Both the position numbers and the translations under genes were made by a program. A stretch of DNA of 57,452 bases, counting the filler, from Sphacelaria rigidula (taxonomy: Eukaryota): NCBI GenBank assembly GCA_964200075.2. It is 8 parts of 8 records of this genome, joined end to end, with 100 filler letters (N's around TTAATTAATTAA, not from the genome) between each part and the next. Parts side by side here need not be neighbours in the genome. Positions count along the whole stretch, not along the records: positions 21,585 to 28,678 come from CAXNAA020016514.1; positions 28,779 to 35,872 come from CAXNAA020016515.1; positions 35,973 to 43,066 come from CAXNAA020016516.1; 5 more parts are not named here. One strand, given 5' to 3'. Below the pieces are notes generated by a model. It had not been told where the DNA came from, searched no databases, and worked only from the letters and a program-made list of their open reading frames with translations. Below are positions 24,118 through 36,062 of this stretch, piece by piece. The number at the start of each line of letters is the position of its first letter. The stretch's first letter is position 1.

Positions 24118-25026
24118 AGCGGCTACGGTTAAAGAGAGGGTCGGGATAAGCCAATTTCTCTCTCTTAAATCCGACTTTCTCGTATACCGTATTGGCTACG
24201 GTATAAGATATTATTCTCTTAAACCATAGTTCATTTCAAGCGAATATCTCTTATACCGTAGCCAATACGAAATGCCGTCAGAGATGGACGCTCTCATCCC
24301 AACTACATGCCGTAAGTGGACAAGGAGAGTATCATTCATGTCACGTAAGGCAGCAAGCGTTAGCACCTCGGGCTACCTCCAAACACCGCTCATTCTCTCG
24401 GTTGGCGAGCATGTGGACCCAAGTACATTACGTGGTACGCTCTTGGTACACCTGCGTTGGAAAAATAAATGGTGTCGCGATACAAATTTTGCACGTGGAC
24501 ACGTAACCTCGGCTGTGGAGTTGTTATAGCTGTGCTTCATATTCGCACCTCTTCTTGTAGAAGGACAACACGAGGCTACGGATGCACCAGATCCCAAGGA
24601 AAAACGCCCCCACTCACCCACTGAACCACTCCTACCCCGCTCTCTCCTGCACACAACACCCACAATCCCTCATTCCATCCATTTCAACCCCACGACAAAA
24701 ACCCGAGTCACGAAATAAATGAGCCATGGAGGTACTGCCCGCAGACTCCTATGCACTGGTGATTTGTGAACTGCGGCGGGCCTGGCGTGTGATCGGGGAC
24801 AGCGCAGCGACTGCCCGCTGCGCAGGGCATGGTGTCTGCAGCTGTGTGTGTGTGTGTGTGGATTGATGTGTGTGATGCCCGCGCGGTTTCCAGAAGGTTT
24901 GATTTATGAGAAAATCTCGTATATAAGAGGGATTCTCTCTTAAATCGATTTTGGTCCGGACAAGCCAGTTTCACTCTCTTAAATCCGTACTTTCTCTTAA
25001 ATAAGTTCTCCTGAACCGTAGCCGCT
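24118..25026. mobile_element. Non-autonomous DNA transposon (~910 bp) with subterminal CTCTTAAA repeats
   Basis: TIR AGCGGCTACGGTT / AACCGTAGCCGCT. CTCTTAAAT motifs clustered at both ends. Internal Cys/His ORF start on the minus strand. TSD not clean. Confidence 0.7.
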
Positions 25027-28000
25027 ACTGTATTGGGACATTTGATACAGTTGTTGACTTCTAAGTAGGTATGAACGACGACACAAGTCTTGGACACTTT
25101 GCAGTACCCCACTGAGAGCTGTTTAGCCCACCTCTGCGATTGGCTTAGGTCCGAGGTTTCGAAAATGGTCTCCGAACAAAAATACTGCTGAACGAAAAAA
25201 CATTCAATTCGCAGGTTTTTGTAATGAAATCACTGCAGACTCTGTACATATTTTGTTCAGAGGCCGGTCTCGGACCCTCGGAGCCAAGCGTTTTGGAAAA
25301 GTGGGCTCAACTTCTTTGGGTGGGGAATTGTCCAAGCCATGTAATGACGACATTCCCTGTCTGGGGCCCAAGATTTGGGTCTAATGCCCTGACTCTGAAA
25401 AAACCACAAGAAAGAAATAGTCATGGAAACGGTCTGGACGGTAGCTTTTTTCGGGCTTTCTCAGGGAGTTCTTTTCGGACTTGCCAGATAATCTAGCATC
25501 GATTTTTTTCTTCTAACGCTCAATGATTCAACAATTCAGAAAAAACCTAACTGTCGGGAAAAGTCAAGGTAGCGCCGGTCAAGATCGGGCAACCGGTCAG
25601 GGTGTACTCACGTCGTGCTTGTCAACGTACGAGGAAGGCTCGGTAGGTGCCTTGCCAGTGACACCCTAAGCCATGGCCGAGATCAGAACGCGCCCCGGGT
25701 TTACTGCAATCGCCCCCTGATGCCGGCGAAGGGTGGAATACGAGATGGTGTACGCATACGGTGGATATCAACTGTAACACACAATGTCCGTCAGAGCGGG
25801 GACAATTGTTGTTGCTGTGGTCGCGCCCATGACGTCAAAAATGTCCAAAGCCTTGGTCACAGTAATAGGCGACAACTTCATATATTGCCGTATGTTTTGT
25901 AGAAGCGCTTGGGGTGCCTGAATCCGAGCACTGCCGTGTTAATATACCACCACAATACATGAAAGCGAGAGAGGAGGGGGCTATAGTTAGTGACTCGGAG
26001 GCACATAGCCGCTGTTGGACCGATTCGCGCATTTGCGAGCATTACGGACTGTGTTGTTTCCACCTACCGTGCTGTTCTGACGACTCTACTGTCGAGGGAG
26101 TGTCCCGGGCAGTCGTGATATCCAACGAGCGTTGTCGTTGACGGACAGGCCTTGTAATATTCCGAAACACCACCAATTCAAAATTGATATGATGCCTGAA
26201 ATTCACTAAGAAACTATCACCACGTTTTCCGGGAAAAGCGGAACCGGTCCGAAAATATATCGGAACTTGCATCTGAAGACAAATTCCCGTTGAAAATACA
26301 GGAGTGACACTATAAATATGGTGTTCACTCAATCGGGATTCTTTTCTGGACGATTTGTCACCTTCACTCGGAAGGTGTAAGCTTTAGGCGTTGGGAAAAG
26401 AAAAGGTTGTGGTTAGAACACGTTTCCCAATTAAATTTGTGTTGTCGGAAAGATACGGAGTAGAACCCCGTTTACCGTGGAGGTGTTCTTAACCGTACAT
26501 AATCCAAAAACCCGGGTTTTTGGATGTACTATAGCGTAATGACGAAGGAACTAGGTGCACAAATGAATGACATACGACTGTTTTTTTTTGTCGATCCGGA
26601 TCGGTTCAGTCGACCGGAAGTATCAAAGAGCGAGAACCGGGGGCTATACACTCATAGGACCCCCAACGATCGGTGAACCCGTATCTCCTTCAAAAATTGA
26701 TCACAAGTTTTCTTTTTTCATGAGACTTGTCTCGGATATTCATGTCTCTCGACTCCCCAAGTTCGAGATTTTATTCAGAAACCGTGATGAGTCGTGGTAA
26801 CCGAAATACCTGAAAAAAATTACCTTCAAACTTCAATCGAAAATGCGAAGATTAAAGTTTGACTACTGTACTCTACCCCTCGCGGTACACCACGTCAGAA
26901 ACCGTCAGCCTGCCATATCGTGTATGGCATTTGGTGGTCCAGAAAGGAGCTGTACACCTCGCATCAATCAAGCCGATGAGCAGCAACACTTGAAGAGTAC
27001 AGGGCACCACGACAGCAGATATCAAGACAATTCTGGAAAGATAGTAGAAATTTCGGAATCAATGTACAAATATACGGCACACTACAAGAACAGTGCGGTT
27101 GCACCGTTTCACCGGATTCATCTAGGATCCCATAAAATCCGGCAGGTTTTAGGACGAGATCACGCGCCGTTCTCGACGCAACATGGGTTAAACTGCCCCA
27201 AACATTGCACAGCGTCGACCAACGTCACAAGCGATACGGCGCCGTCGTTGCCCCAGCTCACCCAGAGCCATCTGAATGCAATGGCTGCGCGGCACGGTTG
27301 TGCGGCTTCGGGCTGCCGCCTCTAAAATAGGACCTGCCACACCCCCGCCACCCATTCGAATGAATTCTGAGGTGTTTTCATACATTGTAGCAATGACCCT
27401 CTGCATTTATCGCGGTCTCCCGGTCGCTAGTGCTGCGGCGCTAACTGATCAGCTCATGGGCAACTCTGCCCGGTCTGCTGCGTGTGCCCCGCGCCTTCGT
27501 GATGTTCTAAATCTCCAAATTCCGAGTTCATAGGGTCACAGCATACTTCTATTTTTATTTCGTCTACGAGTATGGGTTAGAGTGGTACACTCTGAATAAA
27601 AACAGGTGCACACCCTTTGTCCTATATCATCATACTTGGTGGTATTTTATCACAAAATATCATGTATCATACAAGGTTCCCCTTCGGAATGTTGGTACGG
27701 GCCTCCCGGGGGTGACGCAAGTCGAGTATATGTGCTTAAGAGAGGCTGTCGTATCTCAATATACAGAATTGATCGTGACTGTACAAAACATTGCATGTGT
27801 TATCGTATGTCGTTCGGGACTATGGGAAGTCAGACGGAGGCCGACGGCGTAGGACATGTGTGATATTCCCGAGGTGCCAGAGTAAAAAGTAGCTCTCGCG
27901 CCACAAAGACATGACAGCGGGAGGCACTTCCCGAGAAATTTGAATGCATGGAACATTCTTGGCATGTTCTTCGTACATAACTGTGGCTTCCACATCACCG

Positions 28001-28584
28001 GACCTTTTTTCAAAACAGGGTAAATGTTTTTTGCGGCAAAATCCCCCTGTGCTGCCGTGCTGCTGTGCCTTGTTCAACTCGCCAACGGCCAATTGCACGG
28101 TCTTGTGTTTGCTGCTGACGAAGGCCAAGGCAATGGTCTACTGTTTTCAACTGCTTTGCGCTCATCATGTTCTCGTGACATTGGCGGCATAACCGGTGTG
28201 TTCGTACTCCCAAATGAGAGAGAACGCGACAAAGACAACAACGGGGAGAAAATACCCCACCAAAAGTAGTCCTGTTCCAAGATTTCCATCATCTTCAACA
28301 GGTTTTCATGGTTTGGGCTCCTGTTTCAAGTTTTTTTGTGATCTTGGAGAGGCTTTTGTGGTTCGGGATCGACACCCCGCGAAAACGAGCCAGTTTGAGC
28401 GACTTTCTGTGGCCAGAACACGCGCCACAGGTATCAGATGACGCCCAAACCTGAACAGCAATGTACCGCTGAGACTTCTCAGTGCGCTGCAAAAGAAATC
28501 ATGGGAAAAAATGCCTTGCCGCCACAGAAAACTCAGCAAAAGTGGTGGAAAATGTCAAATGATACATGTACATACAATGAAGGA

Positions 28585-28678
28585 CAATGGCCCAGAAAAT
28601 GTATACCTCCTCGTTTTTTGCCCAAGAAAGAGTACGAAAAATTGTCAGAAACGCAATAACAGCCAAACACGCCCTTTT
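28585..28678 (+). repeat. Dispersed repeat, homologous to 50470-50565 (minus)
   Basis: CAATGG...GTATACCT.CTCGT.TTTTGCCCAAGAAAG...CAGAAACGC...CAGCCAAACACGCC in both; both lie at contig ends. Confidence 0.8.
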
Positions 28679-28778
28679 NNNNNNNNNNNNNNNNNNNNNN
28701 NNNNNNNNNNNNNNNNNNNNNNTTAATTAATTAANNNNNNNNNNNNNNNNNNNNNNNNNNNNNNNNNNNNNNNNNNNN
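28679..28778. other. Artificial contig spacer
   Basis: N44-TTAATTAATTAA-N44. Confidence 0.98.
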
Positions 28779-28989
28779 AACGGTCGACGAGGGAAAGGGA
28801 CTGCTGAACCCCTCTCGCGATAAAACATAAAAGGTAAGCACCGCAGAAGGAAGAAGGGGTATTAAAAAGGAATAAAGAAGAAAAGCTCCTGTGTTGACTT
28901 TCCTCCTGTGCGACCTCGGCTGTTGCACCAACATGTACCGAAAGGTGTAGACTGGTGCCCACAATAAAGGGGACGACAATACACACACT
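28779..28989 (+). mobile_element. tRNA-derived SINE, copy 4 (3' half)
   Basis: GGTCGACGAGGGAAAGGGACTGCTGAACC...GAAAGGTGTAGACTGG...ACAATACACAC matches the family body and tail. Confidence 0.85.
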
Positions 28990-29258
28990 GTATACAAGTG
29001 TGATTTGAAATCCGTGCGCGCGGGGTCGGGTCGGCATTTAGAGAACCCTGCACGACTTCGCCGTGTACTACCGGGACGCGACCTTATTTCAGTAGCAATC
29101 ACTTGCGATGTGTGCTGTGACGGGTTTCGTGCGTGATGGGGTTTTTTCCACCTCTGCACATCGCCGGTGAAGCGAGCTCTTCATGCTGGAAGTGTCCACT
29201 GCTTTTCCCGCCACTCTTGGTCTGAGACAATTGAAACTGCGGAATGTGACAGTATCTA

Positions 29259-29679
29259 ACAGTGGATTCTCGAAATTGGGGTTGAAAAACAATTGAGGTT
29301 CAACTCAAAAGCCGTGCCTTCCCTGACCAAAATATATGACAAATGACTTTCATATGGACCACCCCATCCCTCCCGACCTCCCTAAAACCATATCGGGGGA
29401 TTTCTAGCCTTCCATTCCCCCAAAGGGTATGTCCGAAAGCACATTTTTGCCTCGATTCCGGGGTGAAAAATGACTTTTTTTGTCCTCAAACACCTGCTTT
29501 CGCACATACCCTTTGGGGGAACGGAAGGCTAGAAATCGCTCGAAATAGTTTTAGGGAGGTCGGGAGGGATGGGGTGGTCCATATGAAAGCCATTTGTCAT
29601 GAATTTAGGTCACAAAAGAAATCACGGCTTTTGAGTTGAACCTCATTTTGTTTTTACCCCATTTTCGAGAATCCACTGT
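29259..29679. mobile_element. Foldback MITE (421 bp, ~185-bp inverted arms), TA-flanked; Tc1/mariner-like by TSD
   Basis: ACAGTGGATTCTCGAAA...TTTCGAGAATCCACTGT termini with TA on both sides. Arms pair along their length, e.g. CATATGGACCACCCCATCCCTCCCGACCTCCCTAAAAC versus its reverse complement. Confidence 0.88.
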
Positions 29680-30278
29680 TATCTGCTGCAAGGTACATAT
29701 TCTCCCACAAAATTGGCTCCATAATATGAAAAAGGAATAATACGAGTTTATTTTCGACTTGCGTCACCCCCGGGAGTCCCGTACCAACCTCCGAAGGGGG
29801 ACATTGTATTACATTTTGTATTGTCCAGGGTGTGAAATATTTACAGGTTGCTACATCGCACTTTTTCACTTTGAAAATACGAGTCCTTGTCACCATCCCC
29901 GCATTTTACAGGCCACGGCATTCGAAACATGATGGTTGATCGTGTTACATGAGTAGTGCTTCATGCAGGCTGTTAGTTTCTGTAATGCCTGGCTCAGCTA
30001 GATTGAGGCACGTAAGTGGCATGGATCTGAAGTCGACAACAACAGCCGTGTCGAGGTTGGCGCACCACGTAAGAGGAGGCACCTCGAGGATAAGGTTAGT
30101 TATCATTGGTTTTCATCTGTAGGATGGACGCGCCTCGACATTGTCCCGAAAGTGTACCTCTGATACACTTGGATATGATGACGATCTCTCGATAATATAC
30201 CGATTCGTGGTATTTACCGAGAAGCGTTGACAACATATCAACCACCATTCGTTGCGTTTTCCCTTCGTGACCCGCCAG

Positions 30279-30374
30279 GCGGTTGGAATTGGCCTGGACG
30301 AGGCGTTCCCACTTTGGGCTCTCAGTTCGCATGGTGTGGGAGGTTTGGAGTGGAGCACCATTGAAATCGGCCAG
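30279..30374 (+). CDS. MFS transporter (ZIFL/zinc-induced-facilitator-like), exon
   Basis: Manual translation AVGIGLDEAFPLWALSSHGVGGLEWSTIEIGQ (ZIFL-like 'E.FPLWA....GGL....G' motif). CAG/GT boundaries; 96 nt. Confidence 0.85.
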
Positions 30375-30803
30375 GTTTGTTCAAATATTTGTACACGAAG
30401 TTAGGCGACCGTTGGGGTGTTAGAAGTCCCGCCGATGTCACAAGACACGAGTGTCGGATACGGTGACGGAGTGTTGGTCCATTGGCCTTGGCCCTCCTGC
30501 AACGAAGCTGTCCTTGGACATACAGACACTCGGCAACACTGATGTTTGGCTACAGATTAAGTTTTGCAAGACTAGCAAGGCAGCCAACCGTCCCGTGCAT
30601 GCGCCATCGCTGTGTTGTTGTGGCGGCGGTTTGTTTCATGCCGTCGGTGACTGGCATACGAAGCATGAAGCGCGGGTACAACAGTCATCAGGAGTACTCT
30701 TGCGCCCTATCCGTAACATATACCAGGGTAAACGGGTCGTAGATTTGAGGTGCTCCCGAAGCTGCGAGCAGTCAACGAGATTGTTTCTCTCAAATTTGAA
30801 CAG

Positions 30804-31025
30804 GTTCTGGCAATTGCGGGGCTTGGGGTGACCTTCGTTCAGCTATGTGGATACAGCTGGCTTGTGAAGAAGATTGGAATGCTGAAGGTGCAGACGGGAA
30901 GCTCATACCTGAACTTGCCTATCATCTTGACGCTTCCCAACGTCAAGTATTTGAGCTGGAACGACGCCAGCCTGAAGATCGCTCTGGTGTTGTTTTTGAC
31001 GATCTTCTGGTCGTGCCTGAGTGCG
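30804..31025 (+). CDS. MFS transporter (ZIFL-like), exon
   Basis: VLAIAGLGVTFVQLCGYSWLVKKIG...IALVLFLTIFWSCLSA, hydrophobic helices. CAG acceptor and GTGAGT donor; 222 nt in frame. Confidence 0.85.
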
Positions 31026-31655
31026 GTGAGTAGCGCCAAGTTATGTTTTGACGCGAGGGTCTTTCTGTCTCACGTGAAACAAGAGTCGGCCGCCACCCTG
31101 CTGATTCCTTTGACCGCACCCTTCTCATCGAGGTGGATGCGAATGTAGTTACCGGGGGAGAGATGGGTTGATCCCTGGAGACCACAGATTCGTCCCGAGG
31201 AAGAGGAGGGGTTCAACGTGTGACGGAAAAAGCAAGAATGAAAACCCTAATACTCGCGTCTTGTTACATGTTCCGGTTATAGGTCAATTAGGCATCACAT
31301 TTCCTCCGGCCATGTAGTCAGAGAGTCTCCGATTCTGTTGGAGGTGTGTCCTTATGGTTAATGTTCGAGTGCTGAAAATTCAAACGTATTGCAGAATTTG
31401 CTAGTTGCTGCGCCAAAGAAACGTTTTCTGCATATCTTGGTGATCCCTCTACACTATGGCAAGGATCACCCCTCGAAGCATTGTGAGCACCCATCTGTGC
31501 GAACTGAGATGTGACGTTTTGCTTGCAGTATGTGCAGTTGCAACTAGCTAGTTGCAACGACTGGAGATACCCCACGCCCCGCCCGCCTTGAAAGTTATCC
31601 TCATATTACACCGAAATCGTCGCCTGGGGAACGGCATTCGCGAATGGAAAAACAG

Positions 31656-31964
31656 ATCAACGTTGGAGTACTGCTGGCGTCGACGAGTCCTGTTCCTCCG
31701 CACCTGCGCGGCAAGCTAAGTGGGTTACTCCTCATGAGTCAGAGCCTCGGCAGAACTATCGGGCCTGCTTCGTGGGCAGCCATGTACGCGTGGTCGATCT
31801 CCAGCTCACCTACTGGCGGTGAAAGTATGCCGCTGGTTGATTTCCGTTTCGTATTCACCGTTTCGGCGCTGATCATGGGCGTAGTTGCCATGTTATCTCG
31901 CCGCGTACTTACTATGGAGACGATGATGAATGTGGTTGAGGCTTCGCCGCCAGGAAAAGTGTAG
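31656..31964 (+). CDS. MFS transporter (ZIFL-like), terminal exon
   Basis: INVGVLLASTSPVPPHLRGKLSGLLLMSQSLGRTIGPA... (MFS TM10-12 'P..RG..SG....SLGR.IGP' motif), ending in TAG. Confidence 0.87.
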   Translation: MNVGVLLASTSPVPPHLRGKLSGLLLMSQSLGRTIGPASWAAMYAWSISSSPTGGESMPLVDFRFVFTVSALIMGVVAMLSRRVLTMETMMNVVEASPPGKV

Positions 31965-32484
31965 AGCAAGTCGAGACATGGACGCCATGGGCACACCTTG
32001 GGGTGGAGTGATTCTGTTCTGTAGGAGATAAAACATCGACTTGGGCCCGCATCTTGGCGAGTCACGAGGTGGTGTAGCGACTTGTTGAGTTTGATACGTT
32101 GCGAGGTAGAACAAAGTAGGGTACGGCAGATGCTACTTCTTCCTTGTCTGAAAACGTAACCTGGGGTGGATGTAGTATTTCGGAACTTACGACACGGATA
32201 AGTATGATGCGTTGGAGTCAGGCTTTTGCTCATTATGCTAGCATCTGACACAATTCCACCTTGATAGCATGAATAGCGTAGCGTTTCAGCAAATAGCATA
32301 AATTCCACATTAGGAGCATAATCGAGCATAAGTTTTCACTGTAGGGGGAGGAGACGGGTCTAAATGCTGGCCTGCTCTGATGTTTTGAGCGAAAAACTCT
32401 GCAATCATCGACCGCGTGTCTGGAATGCTCTGGAACCAGGTACTCAAACTGCCAGTCTGATCGATCGCAGGTCTGAAAAACTTT

Positions 32485-32836
32485 CACACGCGGCCATTTG
32501 GCTACCACCCAAAACGCCCCCGGAGGGATGCGCGCCCCCCCAGAGGCAAAACAAGCCTCCGGAGGCCTTCGATCCCTCTGGAGGAAACCAAACTCTACCG
32601 ACCTGGAGGGCCGCGCACCCCTCCGGAGGAATTTGGGGGTAGCAAAATGCCTTCGGAGAGATGCGCGGCCCTCCGGAGGCAAAACAAGCCTCCGGAGGCG
32701 TCTTAATTGCTTTTGAGGTAACCAAAAGATTTCTCTGGAGGACCGCGCACCCCTCCCGAGGCGTTTAATTCTTCTGGAGGCTCGAAAAGTTGACCGACCT
32801 GGAGAAATTATGGGGATAGCCAAATGGCCGCGTGTG
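32485..32836. mobile_element. CAC...GTG MITE (CACTA/Mirage/Chapaev-like), copy 1, nested in the hAT element
   Basis: 20-bp TIR CACACGCGGCCATTTGGCTA / TAGCCAAATGGCCGCGTGTG with TT(T) flanks. Internal palindromic CCTCYGGAGG repeats. Confidence 0.85.
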
Positions 32837-32959
32837 TTTTCATGAAAACACACGATACCCTACATGAACACGTACAACGTACTCTACAGCCTGAAGTCGG
32901 TAGTACACACCGCACGGCGTACAGCGCACAGCACGTAGCACAGCAGCACAGCAGTATAT

Positions 32960-33173
32960 CTTGGCTTCCCATTTTTTTTCTTGCTTGTTTTGTTTTTGTA
33001 CTCTGGCTACTTAACTCTTCTTGTGTACTCTAGTATTTCCCTCAATTTCTACCCCTTTGTGTGTTTCCTTTTATGCCCCTTGTTTCCTGGGTTGTACCCA
33101 TCTTGCGACCTCGGCTGGATTAGCAGCGGCATCGGTTCATGCGAGACAATCAATCTAATAATCATTCATCAAT
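32960..33173 (+). mobile_element. RTE-like LINE 3' UTR fragment with a (CAAT)n-like tail, nested in the hAT element
   Basis: Pyrimidine-rich tract then GACCTCGGCTGGATT...ATGCGAGACAATCAATC, similar to the tail of the LINE at 54502-56066. Confidence 0.65.
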
Positions 33174-35675
33174 CGAATGTCGGCGTTTCGTTTGTCGTTG
33201 TCCTTGGACACAAGTTCCTCGACATGGGACAGGCCACGAGTGAAGACATCATTTGATTTCGTGACTTGCCAATTTGAGGGTGGTGACAAGCTGCGTACAA
33301 CGTACACTCATTGTGCCAGATTGTGATGTACATCCGAATCAGCAGATTGCCTGTCATATGTCTTGTCTAGACGGCACTTAGGCGGCGGCATATAGCCCAA
33401 GATGCAGCACAGAGAGTGCGCGATGATATTAAATGATGCACCGTGTACGACAACCGGAAAATACGGCATTCAATCGTACTACTGCAGGTATAGGTAGTAC
33501 TTCGTATATATAAAACATGCATACACAGTAGTATGCCCTTTTTCGTGTAGACGTTTTGATTGCCTTCCTTTACGGGCTGCTTGATTTATGGGTATGGGTG
33601 GTATGTTCCTTCCGCTCTGTGACCACGGGTTCGAGAGATCGAGCTAAAAATGTGACGAATATGATAACAGTAATAATCACTAGTGATCGGTGGGTCTGTA
33701 TCCAGTCGAAAATGACATCCTCAGTGGATATTACGAGCATAATCGAGCATAAATTCCACTTTGCGACCATAAATCGAGCATATGTTTTTTGAAAATGCGA
33801 CCATAAATCGAGCATAAATTTCGCCTCACGAGCATACTTTTTTGGTGAGATTACGAGCATAAAATAATGACTCTACTAGCATAATAAGTAATAGCCTAGT
33901 TGGAGTGATTCCGTTATTTCCTGAGGAAAATGCAGCGCTCGACACACCATTCCACACTTGATGTTTTTGACGTTGTGTCTTCGCGATATCGCTCATTTCT
34001 GGGGTACGTGAGCAGTTGGGGTCATGTATGTAATTGTTGGCGGTATGACCTACCCGTCATTCGGCGTGCTTGCCATAGTTCGTAAAGATACGGCATATCT
34101 TGATATCGCGGATGCTTACTTTATCTCGCTTGGCCAGAGGGATTGTGTTTTGTCGAAGTGCGCTGTGTGGTGTAGCCTGTCTCATCATTTCTCTCCACGT
34201 TTTGTATTTTGTCTTCTCTGCAAGGTGTGCTTTGTGATCTTTGGTCCCTCGTGACGTCGTAATGTTGCGTGTTGTGGTCGGTGGTTTTGTACGGATTTCA
34301 TCGATTGTTTCCTCCACTACGTGTTTCGCGGAAGCAGAAGTTGCTCGAAAAACAGGTATGCCGTATAGCGGTATGCGATGAACCCAAGCCTTGTCGCTTG
34401 GTGTCTTCCGTGCATTGATTACGAGCCCATGGTGTGTCTTTGTTGAGTGTAATGTAGTCCGAAGAGTGTACCGTAACACAGCAGGCCTGGTAGATAACCA
34501 GATCGCTTGTATATTTTGTCCACGTGATTATCACGGATAAGCCTAAGCCGAAGGCCCATTTTTGGAATACCTACGGCGGTGTGAAACTCACTACTACCAA
34601 CAATATTTTCGTGAGATTGAGTCCATCGTTGACTGAGAATGAGTTGTATTGGTCGCTCTAACTTGACCAAGTATTGCCTCGTGTATTTTCGTGTGCTCTT
34701 CTTCGCCTAAACACCGTCGTATGCTTACACACGACACGTCGACATTCACTCGGGGATATCAAAGGCATCAGTGGCAAGCTACTGAAGGAAGCATATCGAG
34801 CCTCTCACAAGGCGAGGAGGGGCTGTTCGGAACTGACACTACTCCTTTCATAACTTGACCGCTTGTACCTCTCAGTCGTATCCTAGACTCTCAATCTCAT
34901 GGAAGCGTTGTTCACCATGGGGAAGTGACGATGTCTAAGGGGTGAATCCCCCCGGGCAGAGCAGACAAACGTCCTTCGCACACCTAAAGCTCCAGTCGGT
35001 AACACCGCTGCAAGTACCGGCTGGACCAGCTAAGGATCCTATCGACGGTTGAACAGTTTTGCCCTGGATGATTTTAGGAGTTGAGAAGTTGTCATTTTAA
35101 CACGAGATTTATTCCATGAATACGCGGAAAGTAACGAAAGCAGCCAAAAAAACAGAACGAGAATCATACCTGGAGCGATTTGAATTTTTCGAGGAATTTA
35201 TTATGACTCGATAAACAAAAAAATGGCAGCTTATTCCGTCCAAGTTTGAAATGGCGTGGATGTCCTTGGATATTTTCGGCACAGAACTCATCAAATCTGG
35301 ACAGGGCACTCCACGCGTTGTGCGATACCGCTGCACCTAGTTGTCCAGCTGGTGCAGGCGATTTCAGTGACGGTGAATGGTCACAAGTTCGTATTCCAAC
35401 AGATATTTCTCCCAACACGCTCTGGTTCCGTCCCAACTTTCTGCATGAAAAATGGTGCTGTATTGGGCATTTTCTCATGTTCCATTTTTTTCTTGTTACA
35501 ATTTCCAAGTTGGTTGTTGTCTCAGGCAATTCCAGATTCGGCAATAGATTTCTGTGACGAAAAAAAACAGTCTCGTTTTTTCGGAATACTTTTGAAAAAA
35601 CAAGCAGAACGTTTCGAAAAAATGCTCAGAACGTGACCCTATTATATGGAGTACAGGGTACCACATTGAACACAA

Positions 35676-35872
35676 CACACGCGGCCATTCGGCTCCTGTT
35701 TAGAAATCCTCTATCGTGATTTTCATCCTCTGGAGGGTAAATGATCCTCAGGAGGGTAAAATACCCTCTACAGGTGTTTCACCCATCTGGAATAGACATA
35801 AACGAACCTCTGGAGGGCATCTGATGCTCCAGTGACTTCTGAGGTCTGAATACCCTTTAGAGGTGTTTCATC
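35676..35872 (+). mobile_element. CAC...GTG MITE, copy 2 (cut by contig end)
   Basis: CACACGCGGCCATTCGGCT start; interior matches 45471-45630. Confidence 0.8.
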
Positions 35873-35972
35873 NNNNNNNNNNNNNNNNNNNNNNNNNNNN
35901 NNNNNNNNNNNNNNNNTTAATTAATTAANNNNNNNNNNNNNNNNNNNNNNNNNNNNNNNNNNNNNNNNNNNN
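35873..35972. other. Artificial contig spacer
   Basis: N44-TTAATTAATTAA-N44. Confidence 0.98.
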
Positions 35973-36046
35973 GGGGGCGTACTCATTTGTTGCTTGACTT
36001 AGTCTTCTGACCATTGACCACGCATCCCTTGCGAGACGGAGCAGCG
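35973..36046 (-). mobile_element. Short 3'-end retrocopy of the C-tailed LINE (type A)
   Basis: Reverse complement GCTCCGTCTCGCAAGGGATGCGTGGTCAATGG...CAAATGAGTACGCCCCC, preceded on the minus strand by a C-run. Confidence 0.82.
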
Positions 36047-36062
36047 GGGGAGGGGGGGGGGG

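Larger units (their letters stand above)
32219..33898. mobile_element. Non-autonomous hAT element (1680 bp) carrying nested insertions
   Basis: Perfect 8-bp TSD GTTGGAGT (32211-32218 and 33899-33906). TIR CAGGCTTTTGCTCATTATGCTAG / CTAGCATAATAAGTAATAGCCTA. Subterminal GAGCATAA repeats. Confidence 0.88.

Noticed and set aside
26900-28500. Protein-like minus-strand fragments, including a hydrophobic stretch LLLVGYFLPVVVFVAFSLIW
   Set aside because: Interrupted by stops with no coherent exon chain or recognisable family.
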